A DNA stretch of 62,966 nt, the filler included, from Octopus bimaculoides (taxonomy: Eukaryota), in assembly GCF_001194135.2 (NCBI RefSeq). It is 4 parts of 4 records of this genome, joined end to end, with 100 filler letters (N's around TTAATTAATTAA, not from the genome) between each part and the next. Parts side by side here need not be neighbours in the genome. Positions count along the whole stretch, not along the records: positions 43,406 to 60,742 come from NC_068982.1; positions 60,843 to 62,966 come from NC_068984.1; 2 more parts are not named here. One strand, written 5' to 3'. A program made the position numbers and the translations under genes. The notes below the pieces were generated by a model, which searched no databases, was not told the origin of the DNA, and saw only the letters and a list, made by a program, of their open reading frames with translations. This document shows, piece after piece, positions 52,286-62,966 of this stretch; position 1 is the stretch's first letter, and each line of letters starts with the position of its first letter.

Positions 52286-53167
52286 TTAAGGACAGAACCG
52301 GATAGACAGAAAACAGTTTTTGAAGAAACGTAATTGATTACATATAGGAAATCAAATATATACCTGTACTTCGTAGATAGTAAGGTGACACCAAACTTCC
52401 CACGTCGGCATTATCAGATAAAACGGTTCTTGAATTATGCCAACTCACAGTGTGTCACGATAATTCTAATACTTTATTTCTAAAAAGTATGACTAAACTA
52501 CTATTAAATAACACATCAGTGAAGCATATTTCTTAAAGACATTTTATGTGGCAGATGTAGGATACGTAAATAGATTTGTGTTTGTTTTAACATCTCCGTC
52601 GATGAATTTATTTTGTAAGTAGGGAGCTTATGCGCAAAGAAGAGAGCTTCCTTGTGATCACACGGCAGCAACAACTGAAAGAGATTTCAAATCATATCTT
52701 GTCGTGGTAAAACGGAAAGGAGAAAACACAATGCGGCAATCGTTTTTGTCAGTCAGGGCCGACATGCTGATCATCGATTCTTCTTCTTCTTCTTCTTCTT
52801 CTCTTTCTTGTTCTTCTTCTCCTTCTCCTCCTCCTCCTCGTTGTTGTTGTTGTTGTACTTCTTCTTCTTCTTGGTTGCTGTGGTCATCATCATCATCATC
52901 ATCATCATTACCAACAACTTATAAAGTAGTTTGTTATTACACTAGATTACTAGGAGGCATGTAGAGACAGCGTCACTCTATGGCAGATGTTTTGGCGGCA
53001 TTTTCCAGTTAACAATGCGGCAAATCGAAAACTTATAGTTGTATGTTGTGATGGCCATGACCACATAAATCTCTGTTTGCTCTGAGATGATGCAAGAAGA
53101 GCATATTGTAAAGTGTCGAAGAACGATTAATTTATGATTAGTTGCAGGTAGAAATATTCTTTTCTAC

Positions 53168-53372
53168 TCTAGACACATGGCCCAAAATTTTGGAGGAGGG
53201 GGCCAGTTGATTAGATCGACCCCAGTACCCAACTGGTACTTAATTTATCGACTCTGAAAGGATGAAAGGTAAAGTCGACCTCGGCAGAATTTGAACTCAG
53301 AACGTAAAGACAGACGAAATACCGCTAAGCATTTCGCCCGGCGTGCTAACGTTTCTGCCAGCTCGCCGCCTT
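53168..53372 (-). mobile_element. SINE family A, full length (tail type 2)
   Basis: Ends CGTTTCTGCCAGCTCGCCGCCTT; tail TCTAGACACATGGCCCAAAATTTTGGAGGAGGGG. Confidence 0.9.
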
Positions 53373-54651
53373 TGGAGGTAGAAATGTTATAAAGAAAAAA
53401 GAAAAAATATAAGAATGATCCTTCGTTGGTCTCGACGAGAAATATCCAGTTATTTGATTAATAGAACCATTTGCACTATCAGTTAGCCTGTAAATGGCTG
53501 AGTACTCTATAGACCAACGCACCCTTAATATTGTATTCAACCATAATCAACACGCGCTGGACAAGGATGGACATTTGAATTACAGGTGCAACCCATCCAA
53601 TTGGTTTCCACAAAGTTTTGTTAACCCCAATTCATTCGAAACTCGTCGGCCGATCCGAGACTCACATAAATATAAAAAAAAACAGAACCCCCCCCCCCAC
53701 AAAACACATCAAAAAATGCAGAAGAATCAAACTTGTACCTCTTGTTCCAGGTGAATTTTTTAACCAATCGCTCAGGCTACGACCGTAAGTGATATGGCAG
53801 CGAACTAAATGAAAGCCTTCTTTTTGCGTAGCTTCTCTTTCAGTTAAAATCTGATGGTCTCGACCTTATCTTTGTTTTTAACCATTGATAAATAATTGAA
53901 AGCTATTAAATCGGCAGGTTTTCTTGGCCCTGTGAAAATTAGTGTGGTGCCTATTCTAATTAATGAAATATATTACCCCCAGGTTGGTTCTATGAATGAT
54001 TTAGAAATTTCCATGGGGCTTAGTTATATCTAATATTACTTCACCTGTAGGAATGCAACGGATAAATCGATAAGATTACTGGACAACAAGACCAAAAACG
54101 GATGATTCATACCCCCATTGCATCTCTGCACTGTCTGTAATCAAGATATTTAGATTTATTAAGTCCATGCTGTCTGGGAAGGTCAAACGAGGCAAACTCT
54201 ATGCGGTCGCGCAGTCAGCTAGAATTAGCAGCTACAACCTCTAGAGTTATAACGTCCTAAAGTCTAAAATGAGAAACCAGCCAGAAAATGAAATTATTTA
54301 TATTTAATCAAACAGGATGGTTATCAAAGGAAGACATTTCACTATTGTAGTACCACAACATCATACTAAAAGCAAATGGTTACAAAATAGATTGTAAACA
54401 TCGAATACCATATTCAACTAGGTTTCATCTCAAATTGAAGCAGATATCATCAATGTAATCTACAAGAACAATCAGTTATCATTATTTCATAATCAATTAT
54501 TTTGTAAGCCACAATCAATTTACTCCTTAATCATAATGGCAGCGTAGCAAAAATTTTATCTGGAATGGTCTAGGAATTTAAACATATAAATTTAATATAT
54601 GAATAATTAAATCTTCATTTCTTTATCAACATCAGTATTCCGTTATATTGA

Positions 54652-54858
54652 TTTCAAATTTAGGCACAAGGCGAGCAATTTCGGAGGAAGGAGAAAGTCA
54701 CGACCTCAGTATTCAGTTGGTACTTATTTTATCAAGCCCGGAAAGCCGAAAGGCAAAGTCGACCTCGGCGGAATTTGTATATCCAGAAGATAAAGATGGA
54801 CGAAATGCCGTTAATCATTTCGTCCGGCGTGCTACCGATTCTACCAATTCGCCATCTT
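54652..54858 (-). mobile_element. SINE family A, degenerate (tail type 2)
   Basis: GGCAAAGTCGACCTCGGCGGAATTTG..CCGGCGTGCTA. Confidence 0.8.
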
Positions 54859-56010
54859 AGTATCCCGGTATATTAATATTTCCTGTTGTTTTCGTTTCTT
54901 TTAGTTCTACATTCATTTCTTAAATAATTGTCACCCTGCTCCCTCTCTTCATTCAAACATTTCATAATATATCCGTAGTGGTAATAGGTCAATCCTAGCA
55001 TAAGAGACCTTCAAGCTGTTATCATACTAATATATATTTATAGATTTTGAACCGATGCTGCATGTATAAAGAAACGCAAACTTGTTTTATATAATATCTT
55101 TGTGAATAGAAAAAGAGGGATCAACCGGATTACTTTTATCAGTGACTGATACAAACAGTTTTCATGCACCAATAATATAGTTATAATCCAATCATAATCG
55201 TTGTTTTGATATATTGACAGTCCTACATGAGAACAACAACCAGTTAGGACATTGATCTAAGATAGAATGATCTTTACGCTAGCACAGTCCTTATATAATT
55301 AAAACAAAAACAACAACAGTATTACATCTAGACACAGAGATATAATATAGCAGTAAGTTCAACCTCGTCACTGATGTTAAAGGAACAGCATTCAGCTTTG
55401 AAGTATGTCTGTCTGATTATTTTTTTAATGATGTTTGATGATGGTTGCGTGCTTTACACAATAATTATTATAAGATACTAGGAGAAAAAAAAATCCAAAG
55501 TAAATCATATACAGATGGTGTTAAATATAGAACAATCTGGCTATAATTCTATGTAATATTTCTTCGTTTATGAGGTCTGTGCAATAAACTTTATATTATC
55601 TCTACAAAAAGGCAAAAACCAGATGTAATTCAAAACGAAATTACAAGTGAGACAACTATTTAAAGCAAAGTTAAAAGGGGGAAAAAAAATTGTGAGAATT
55701 GCATCTCCTAAGTTCTGTAGTTGTGATTATATGGAGATTCTGTGGTTGGGGAAACAATTTCAGGAACGAAAATGAAAGAAAATGGAATTATTTTGGCTGA
55801 TTTTGGAATATTAGAAGAATGAGGATTATATTTAAGACAATAATTCATTACGCTTACGAAGAAGGACATGACTTATAGGAATATCTGTAGAATGTTAAGA
55901 AGTTTAATAATGTTCACCCCTGAATTGTAGATGGTTAGTATGAAATGAAAAAAAAAAAATAAATAAATGCAATTGCCTCATTGAACTGAAATGATCGAAT
56001 GAAAGTGTAG

Positions 56011-56104
56011 AGACGTAGGAGTGGCTATGTGGTAAGTAGCTTGCTTACCAACCACATGGTTCCGGGTTCAGTCCCACTGCGTGGCACCTTGGGCAAGTGT
56101 CTTC
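56011..56104 (+). mobile_element. SINE family C head running into a gap
   Basis: CGTAGGAGTGGCTATGTGGTAAGTAGCTTGC..GGGTTCAGTCCCACTGCGTGGCACCTTGGGCAAGTGTC. Confidence 0.9.
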
Positions 56105-56854
56105 NNNNNNNNNNNNNNNNNNNNNNNNNNNNNNNNNNNNNNNNNNNNNNNNNNNNNNNNNNNNNNNNNNNNNNNNNNNNNNNNNNNNNNNNNNNNNNNN
56201 NNNNNNNNNNNNNNNNNNNNNNNNNNNNNNNNNNNNNNNNNNNNNNNNNNNNNNNNNNNNNNNNNNNNNNNNNNNNNNNNNNNNNNNNNNNNNNNNNNNN
56301 NNNNNNNNNNNNNNNNNNNNNNNNNNNNNNNNNNNNNNNNNNNNNNNNNNNNNNNNNNNNNNNNNNNNNNNNNNNNNNNNNNNNNNNNNNNNNNNNNNNN
56401 NNNNNNNNNNNNNNNNNNNNNNNNNNNNNNNNNNNNNNNNNNNNNNNNNNNNNNNNNNNNNNNNNNNNNNNNNNNNNNNNNNNNNNNNNNATGAGAGATC
56501 AGCAGTTTACATACTTCAACTGATGTTGCGTTGTCTCCCTGTCAAAAAATATTTCCCAGCAGTAAAGTTCGACTGGTTACAAGAAGGTACCGCGGGGGTA
56601 GTAAGTAGCCTATTACCCAATGATTTGTTTGTTTGCAGCGCTAAATTCCATCACCTCACATGGAAAAGCTACAATGGATTTAATGGGTAGCGGAGAAATG
56701 AATAGTATCAATTACAGAGAAACAGAGGTCATTACAGTGGCAATAAAAGAAGCGGAAAGGAAATGTATTTCCCCCAGTTGAATATTGCAGAATGTAGACT
56801 TACCTACTAAATACATATCCCGTGTTTATGATATTCAAACATTTCTCTCCTAAA

Positions 56855-57430
56855 CGAAATGCTTGAAAACAAAAATAAATGTGGTTTTTAAGTATTTTAA
56901 GTATCTTAGCTCAAAATAAATTTAATTAATCGAAATAATAAACATTGGAAACTGAATGTCTACATTCATGCCAACAAGACAGAGAGGTTTTGTCCAGTAT
57001 GCACAAAATTCTAAGAAACTTCTATCAGTGGATTTTTCGAAGATATTTTTCAAGTTCCTGTTTGGTTGTTGGGACCCTTGTAGACTAAGTTATCGAGATG
57101 CTTGAAAGTGTGGTAGTCGAGTGCGAGTGGTCTAAGCAGTAATATGAATGAAGTAGAGTTTCGTTTCCCAGTTATTTAGTTTCTTCAGAGCCATTTACGA
57201 GACATGATGTGTGGTGTTGTCATCAGAGAGAACTGGTCCTTTTCGATTCACCAATGCTGGTAGTAAATGCTGCAATTCTGGGTGTATTTTGTTGATTTCG
57301 GGGCAATACTTTCCCACTATAATGGTTTCATTAGGATGATTCTATTTGCTGACTGTAATTTCCATTTGATGCAGATTTAGTTTTGAAAAGTGTTTCGTAC
57401 TTATTGCAGTCAAGCTACTGCGTAAAACGC
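56855..57430 (-). mobile_element. Degenerate mariner (Hsmar1/cecropia-like) transposase C-terminal half
   Basis: GKYCPEINKIHPELQHLLPALVNRKGPVLSDDNTTHHVS (cf. LVNRKGPILLHDNARPH). Confidence 0.8.
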
Positions 57431-58593
57431 TGTCGGTTGTCGCACAGCATCCATTTTTAGTCACATGTCACAATGCAATCAAGAAATGAACGCATACAAT
57501 AAAATAAATATCGTTCGAATTTGCTCTTCTTCCATCTTTAATTTGACAGTCTAAAATAAACAAGAATAAACGTTGAATGAAAACCATTAGCATAAATCAA
57601 TAGACCGTAAGTTTTGCTTTAAAATAGTAGAGTGTATTAATATATTTCAGTAAAATTTATTCCAAAATAAGCAACAAAGTTGAAAATAATAAAAATTGTA
57701 ATTATTTTGACATCAACCTAATATACAACAATCAATTTTCTGACAATTCTTTGCTGCAATATGGGCTCTGTTAAATAATACAAAATGAAAAAAATATGTA
57801 TATTAACCATAAGAAATGTTTTTGATAGATTGTTTAGGATCTTTGAAACATTCTTGGAATCCCGATTCCATTAAGCAATTTCAATTTACATAAATCAGCT
57901 AAAATTATCAAACAAAAACAACAGAAATTTTTAACTTCTATTTCTTATCAAGACGTTGCTATACAATAGATGACTGAAAAGACGTGGAGTAGAATTATTT
58001 GAACGTTGGACAAAATTATTTGCTGTATATAGTAACAAGATATTTATGTTCCGTGTTCACATCCCGACGGTGCCAGCGTTTCTATTTAGCATTCCAATGT
58101 TAGTAAAAAAAAAAAGTACCAGTAAAATACTGTCGTTGATTTTAATGCACTGTGTTCCTTAACCTCTCTCGCAATAAAAGTGATATAGAGACCAACTAGT
58201 CTTGAAAATTTTATTTGGAAATCAAAGTGTCAGAGAATTACTTCTAAATAGAACGGTATTTAATACGAAACTATTCTTGAATTAAATAAACATTCATTTT
58301 ACATATAAAATAGAAATCGAAATGTAGCCTGGGAGTCAACGAGTGTGCCTGTACGTGGTTACCCAACATGCTAGTAATAACAGCTAAATCTTACATCATT
58401 TCATACTGCTATCTTAAATAAGCAAAGGTCATCGGATGATGGTATAATCCTAACAACAAACATTCGAAGATTTTTTTTTAAAATATCACAAACGTTTTCT
58501 TTTCTTCTGAATTTAATTCAATCTATTTTAACCTAATGTAATCCAATCCCATATCGAATTAAGAGGTTTACACATCTCTAAATCTTTATCTTC

Positions 58594-58934
58594 TACTTGT
58601 TTCAGTCACTTGACTGCGGCCATGCTGGGGCACCGCCTTAAAGAGTTTTATAGTTTAACAGATCGACCCCAAATTTCTTTGTTAAAGCCTGGTACTTATT
58701 CTAGCAGTCTTTTTTGCCGAACTGCTAGTTACGGGGACGTAAACACACCAACACCGGTTTTCAAATGGTGATAGAGCACAAACACAGATACACACGTATA
58801 TGTGACAAGCTTTTGTCAGTTTCCGTCTGTCTAATCCACTCGCAAGGTTTTGATCAGCTCGAGTAGAAGACATATTTGCCCAAGGTGCCACGTAGTGGGA
58901 CTGAACCTGGAATCAAGTGGGTAGGAAGCAAGCT
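58594..58934 (-). mobile_element. SINE family C lacking its extreme 5' end
   Basis: Tail at 58600-58760; head ends at AAGCAAGCT. Confidence 0.85.
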
Positions 58935-59311
58935 TCTTTATTTCATTCAATTTGCCATCAAGGCATTACATAGAAGTAGTAGCTTCGGGCTGGACAATAA
59001 TATTAATGAGAAAATATAAGAGGCCTAGTGTCTCATTTGTAAGGACATTGTGTTATTTTTGGTAAGAGGCTTAGTGCTTCATTATAAGGACTTTGTGTCC
59101 AATGGAACATTAGTAAGAGGTTTATTACCTCAATTGTATGTTTTGTAAAAGAACAACGTTTTAGAGAAGCAGTGATCGGCGGGCGTCGTCTGCCTTCTCT
59201 CATTAATACCATTTTTTTTCATCATTCATCTCATTAATGTTATTGTCCAACCCGCAGCTACTACTTCTATGTAATGCCTTGATGGCAAATTGAATGAAAT
59301 AAAGAAGCTTG
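58929..59311. mobile_element. Foldback/MITE-like element with 83-bp inverted arms
   Basis: 58929-59011 and 59229-59311 are reverse complements with 3 mismatches. Confidence 0.85.
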
Positions 59312-60920
59312 TGACTTGGAGTACGTCTGCAGCACCACCGGTCTCTCCTCAAGACTTTTTATCCACGGTTTGGGTGGGGCAATTTCTCACTCCAACGCCT
59401 TATCAGCTTTCTTTGCCATGTTTTTAAGTCCAAAAAAAAAAAAAAGTCAAACACAAGTTAAAAAAAAACCCAAGCTTTTTACCATACAGTCACGCCTGCG
59501 CACATAATTTTTTATGTATAAATAAATATATTCATAAATGTATAAATAAACGTATACATAAATTTTTCATTAAACATATTTTATAAAATATTTACTTACT
59601 TGAAAGTGTTATTTGTTTTGTCTTTCATTATACCGAATACTTTTAGATACAATTTATTTTAATTTTACAAATTTTGTTAATGCTAGACCGCTTTACAAAC
59701 AACAAAACATTTTAACCAAAAACAGAACTAATTCACTATTCAATAAAAGTGTCGGAATACATTTTAGAATATTTCATTAAATTGACTTAATGTTCATTAG
59801 TTCGCATAACTGAAATAATAAAGGAACAGCAATGCAGATTTAATGTCGTATGCTTTTCTGTTCCTTTAAAGCAGACATATGCCGTCAGTAATTACTCCGG
59901 TAAGGCAGTCGTTGACCTTTATGTAGTAAAACACGCAAAAAATAAGTGAAACACAGGCGCGCGACTGAGTTGAAGGCAATCTATTTCTGCCTTCATAGCA
60001 CATAAAGAAAACGTTGTTGTAGAAATGTACTCAGCACGTGTACTACAGCAGTACTGTGCGTAGCTTTAATACTGAGATTGAAAGACAGGGGCGAATTATG
60101 GCATTTTATGCATACTAATCAGAGTAAGCTTCATAATCTTATTGAATTAGGTGCATATTTTGCCATAAAAGGAAAATATTACTATCAATCTATTTTATTC
60201 AAGATAGGCACTGCCTACCGGGCCTACCTAGGTTACACGTCCCTGCTTTAAAGTTACATGTGTGTATTACTTCGGTAAATGTAAAAGTAGCAACCAAAAT
60301 GCATTCGGTGTACCTGCTTCTATTTGTCACAATCTACCCCGCCTCTCTCTCCTCCTATACTAGCGTACAAAATTGCCTATCTGTATGAATCTTATCACGG
60401 ATTTATATTTAGAGCTTCCTCGGAAGATATCTATTTAAAGGGGACCAATTTCATTTTTGTTTTAACTAGTTATCACGGTTGGAATTATTCTATCTATTTC
60501 CTCTACAATTTAACTTGATGTTTCCATGTATGAAAATAAAGACACTGACATATAGTTTAATTATATATATATATATATTAATAAAAGGGTAAAATTAATT
60601 AATTAATTAATTAATTAATAATTAATAATTTTACCAAGTAAATCGGTACGTTAAAATAACCTTTTTAGGTAAAATTATACAAATATTCTATAATTACAAG
60701 CATAATTATAATTAGGGGTCAGCTATAATTATAGAATATATANNNNNNNNNNNNNNNNNNNNNNNNNNNNNNNNNNNNNNNNNNNNTTAATTAATTAANN
60801 NNNNNNNNNNNNNNNNNNNNNNNNNNNNNNNNNNNNNNNNNNGCAACATGCGTGCTAATTTGTGGACGTGCATAAAGTACATTCATGTACACACACATCT
60901 TGTCTTATATATATATATAT

Positions 60921-60953
<33 letters not shown>

Positions 60954-61159
60954 TATACGGATATTGTATCTAAACCCCATTACTTTGATAGCTGCAATCT
61001 GAATGTAACCTAATTTATTTTACTTTTTATTATTTATCATCTATAGTTTATATTCTCTAATTTATCTTGTCTTATATATAATAAATGTGAAGATGTGTGT
61101 CTGTGTGAAGCCTTTTTAAAAGTTTATAGAAATCCACATTTTCCACTTTTTCTTAAAAA

Positions 61160-61728
61160 TTTTTACATTTTCTCGATGTGAACTTTCCAGTGCAGTAATT
61201 AGATTTTTTAAATACCATTTACTTTGTGTGATTTAAGGGAGATTTGGCTGTTGTTTCTAGCAGCTGTTATATTTCTTCCCTTCTACCTGTAACGGCGTTC
61301 TAACACATTCATCACGCGCTCAACATATAATATAGAGAGTAAGAGTAAAAGAGGGAGAGAGAGAGAGAGAAAAAGTTATACATACAAAGTCATAGATTAA
61401 CTTGGTTTACCTTTTCACTCTTACTTCTTCTTCCTCTCTCTCATTCAATACCTTTCCCTACCTCTAACATATTTTTCATAACATAGAAACGTAAAAACAT
61501 ACACAACCACACATACGTGATCTGTGACAACAACATACNNNNNNNNNNGATTAACACCCACACGATTTTCACTACGGTGTTAGGGTTAGGGTTTTAGGTT
61601 TAGGGTTTAGGGTTAGGTAATCGTGCGGGTGTTAATCTGAAAACTACTGACCCTGCCATCTATTATAACTTTTGTTGTTCTGTTTAATATGTACATAGAT
61701 TATGCCTCCAAAGAAGAGAGCTTGCTGG
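61160..61728. repeat. Second copy of the composite repeat; (TTAGGG)-like tract bounded by 19-bp inverted repeats
   Basis: Inverted repeats at 61549-61567 and 61619-61637 (1 mismatch); several blocks shared with 1-480. Confidence 0.8.
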
Positions 61729-62214
61729 GGAAAGAAAGCAACCAGTTTAAAAAGACAGCAACAGACTGCAGCAATTCACCACATTCCAGAAGCTACTTTG
61801 AACATAATGCAAAATGGTACATCAACATCTTCTGCCCAATCTGATAGAATTCTGGCAGAACTGTGTAGCAACAGATCGCCACCAATTGCTTCATCAGAAA
61901 TTGCTGTCCTAGCTCCTGCGAAAAAGGATTACCCTGCTATGTATAATCAGGACAGCGCAAAAAGTTGTTTTGCACAAGCATTTGTATAGCCAATTAGACG
62001 GATGAAATTTGCGTACACTTAATAATGTTACGCAAAACAGCCTTTAGACTTACCCTATTAATTTCATCGTCTTTTGAATTATGAACATATTTACATCATA
62101 AGTGTTTTTTCATTGTAAGGCTTTTTTTTTTAGTTGATTTTCACCTAGCAAGACTTATCGTAGATGGCGTAATAAGTCACACCCAGACAACGTTGGGTTA
62201 TACTGCTAGTATAA

Positions 62215-62966
62215 AGGAGGGTGCAAACTGCTCTAAGGAAAATTAAACAGGAATGGTGGAATGATAGGGCAAAAGGGGCACAAGAAGCAGCTGATAGAAA
62301 TGATGCCAGTTGTTTGTATTCTTATGTTAGGGAGGTATATGGTCCAAAATCTTCTTCAGTAGCTCCAGTGAGAACAGAAGATGGATGTTTTCTTCTGACT
62401 GACACCGCTTCTATTCATAAGCGTTGGGTAGAACATTTCTCTGCACTTTTGAATAGACCATCATCCGTTAATATGAGGACGATAGAAAAAATTGAACAAC
62501 TTCCAGTTATAGAAGAGATGGCATCTGAACCAACTCTAAATGACATTTATTTAGCTATGAATAAGCTGAATAACAATAAGTCTCCAGGATCTGATGGAAT
62601 CTGTGGAGAAGTCTTGAAATATGGGGGTGACAAAATGATGGAACTCTTAAATATTTTAATTTGTCACTGTTGGAGAAGTGAGAAAGTGCCTCAAGACTGG
62701 ATTGATGCCATTCTTGTCTCCTTATATAAATCGGGGCCAAAGGATCTGTGTGGTAATTTTCGTGGGATTTCCCTTTTGTCTGTGGTTGGAAAGGTGCTCG
62801 CCCGCATTTTGTTAGAACGTTTAAATACCTTTATAGTTCCAAGTATGGTGTCTGAGTCTCAGTGTGGTTTTCGTTCCTCCAGGGGCACAGCTGATTGTAT
62901 CTTTACTGTCAGACAATTACAGGAGAAGTGCATTGAACAGAATCTTGCTCTGTACCATTGCTTTGT
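62215..62966 (+). mobile_element. RTE-clade LINE ORF2 fragment (linker and RT N-terminus), stop-free to the window end
   Basis: 250 codons: EWW..RWVEHFSALLNRPS..NKSPGSDGI..VPQDWIDA..NFRGISLLSVVGKVLARILLERL..ESQCGFRSSRGTADCIF..QEKCIEQN. Confidence 0.95.

Noticed and set aside
59700-60245. hAT-like terminus (minus-strand CAGGGACGTGTAACCTAGGTAGG)
   Set aside because: No matching second TIR, TSD or transposase sequence found.

Overview
AT-rich, gapped eukaryotic genomic scaffold made mostly of transposon debris and microsatellites. From memory, the three dominant tRNA-derived SINE families resemble those of Octopus; this is an inference and no search was run. I found no host protein-coding gene, rRNA, intact tRNA or CRISPR array. 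Nearly every entry in the ORF track is an N-gap or microsatellite artefact, or a transposon remnant. Recognisable elements: three Tigger/pogo remnants, five mariner pieces, one Tc1 piece, a Tx1/L1 3' end, a Dong/R4-type RT with restriction-like endonuclease, Penelope-like pieces, and an RTE LINE whose ORF2 is stop-free for 250 codons up to the window end (missing from the ORF track). About 30 SINE copies are present, four with target-site duplications. Most interesting observations: (1) a minimal type I hammerhead ribozyme on the minus strand at 33114-33172; (2) a 195-bp element with 49-bp terminal inverted repeats (TIRs) that encloses a near-complete tRNA cloverleaf and a T6 terminator; (3) a MITE with perfect 37-bp TIRs, an 8-bp target-site duplication (TSD) and head-to-head telomere-type repeats; (4) a telomere-like cassette bounded by inverted repeats, present in opposite orientation at both window ends; (5) a nest of unrelated retroelements, nearly all abutting (AAT)n tracts; (6) an 83-bp foldback element. 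Several apparent duplications and the TTAATTAATTAA spacers are probably assembly artefacts. SINE A/B/C and repeat D are my own working labels. Boundaries of degenerate elements are approximate.
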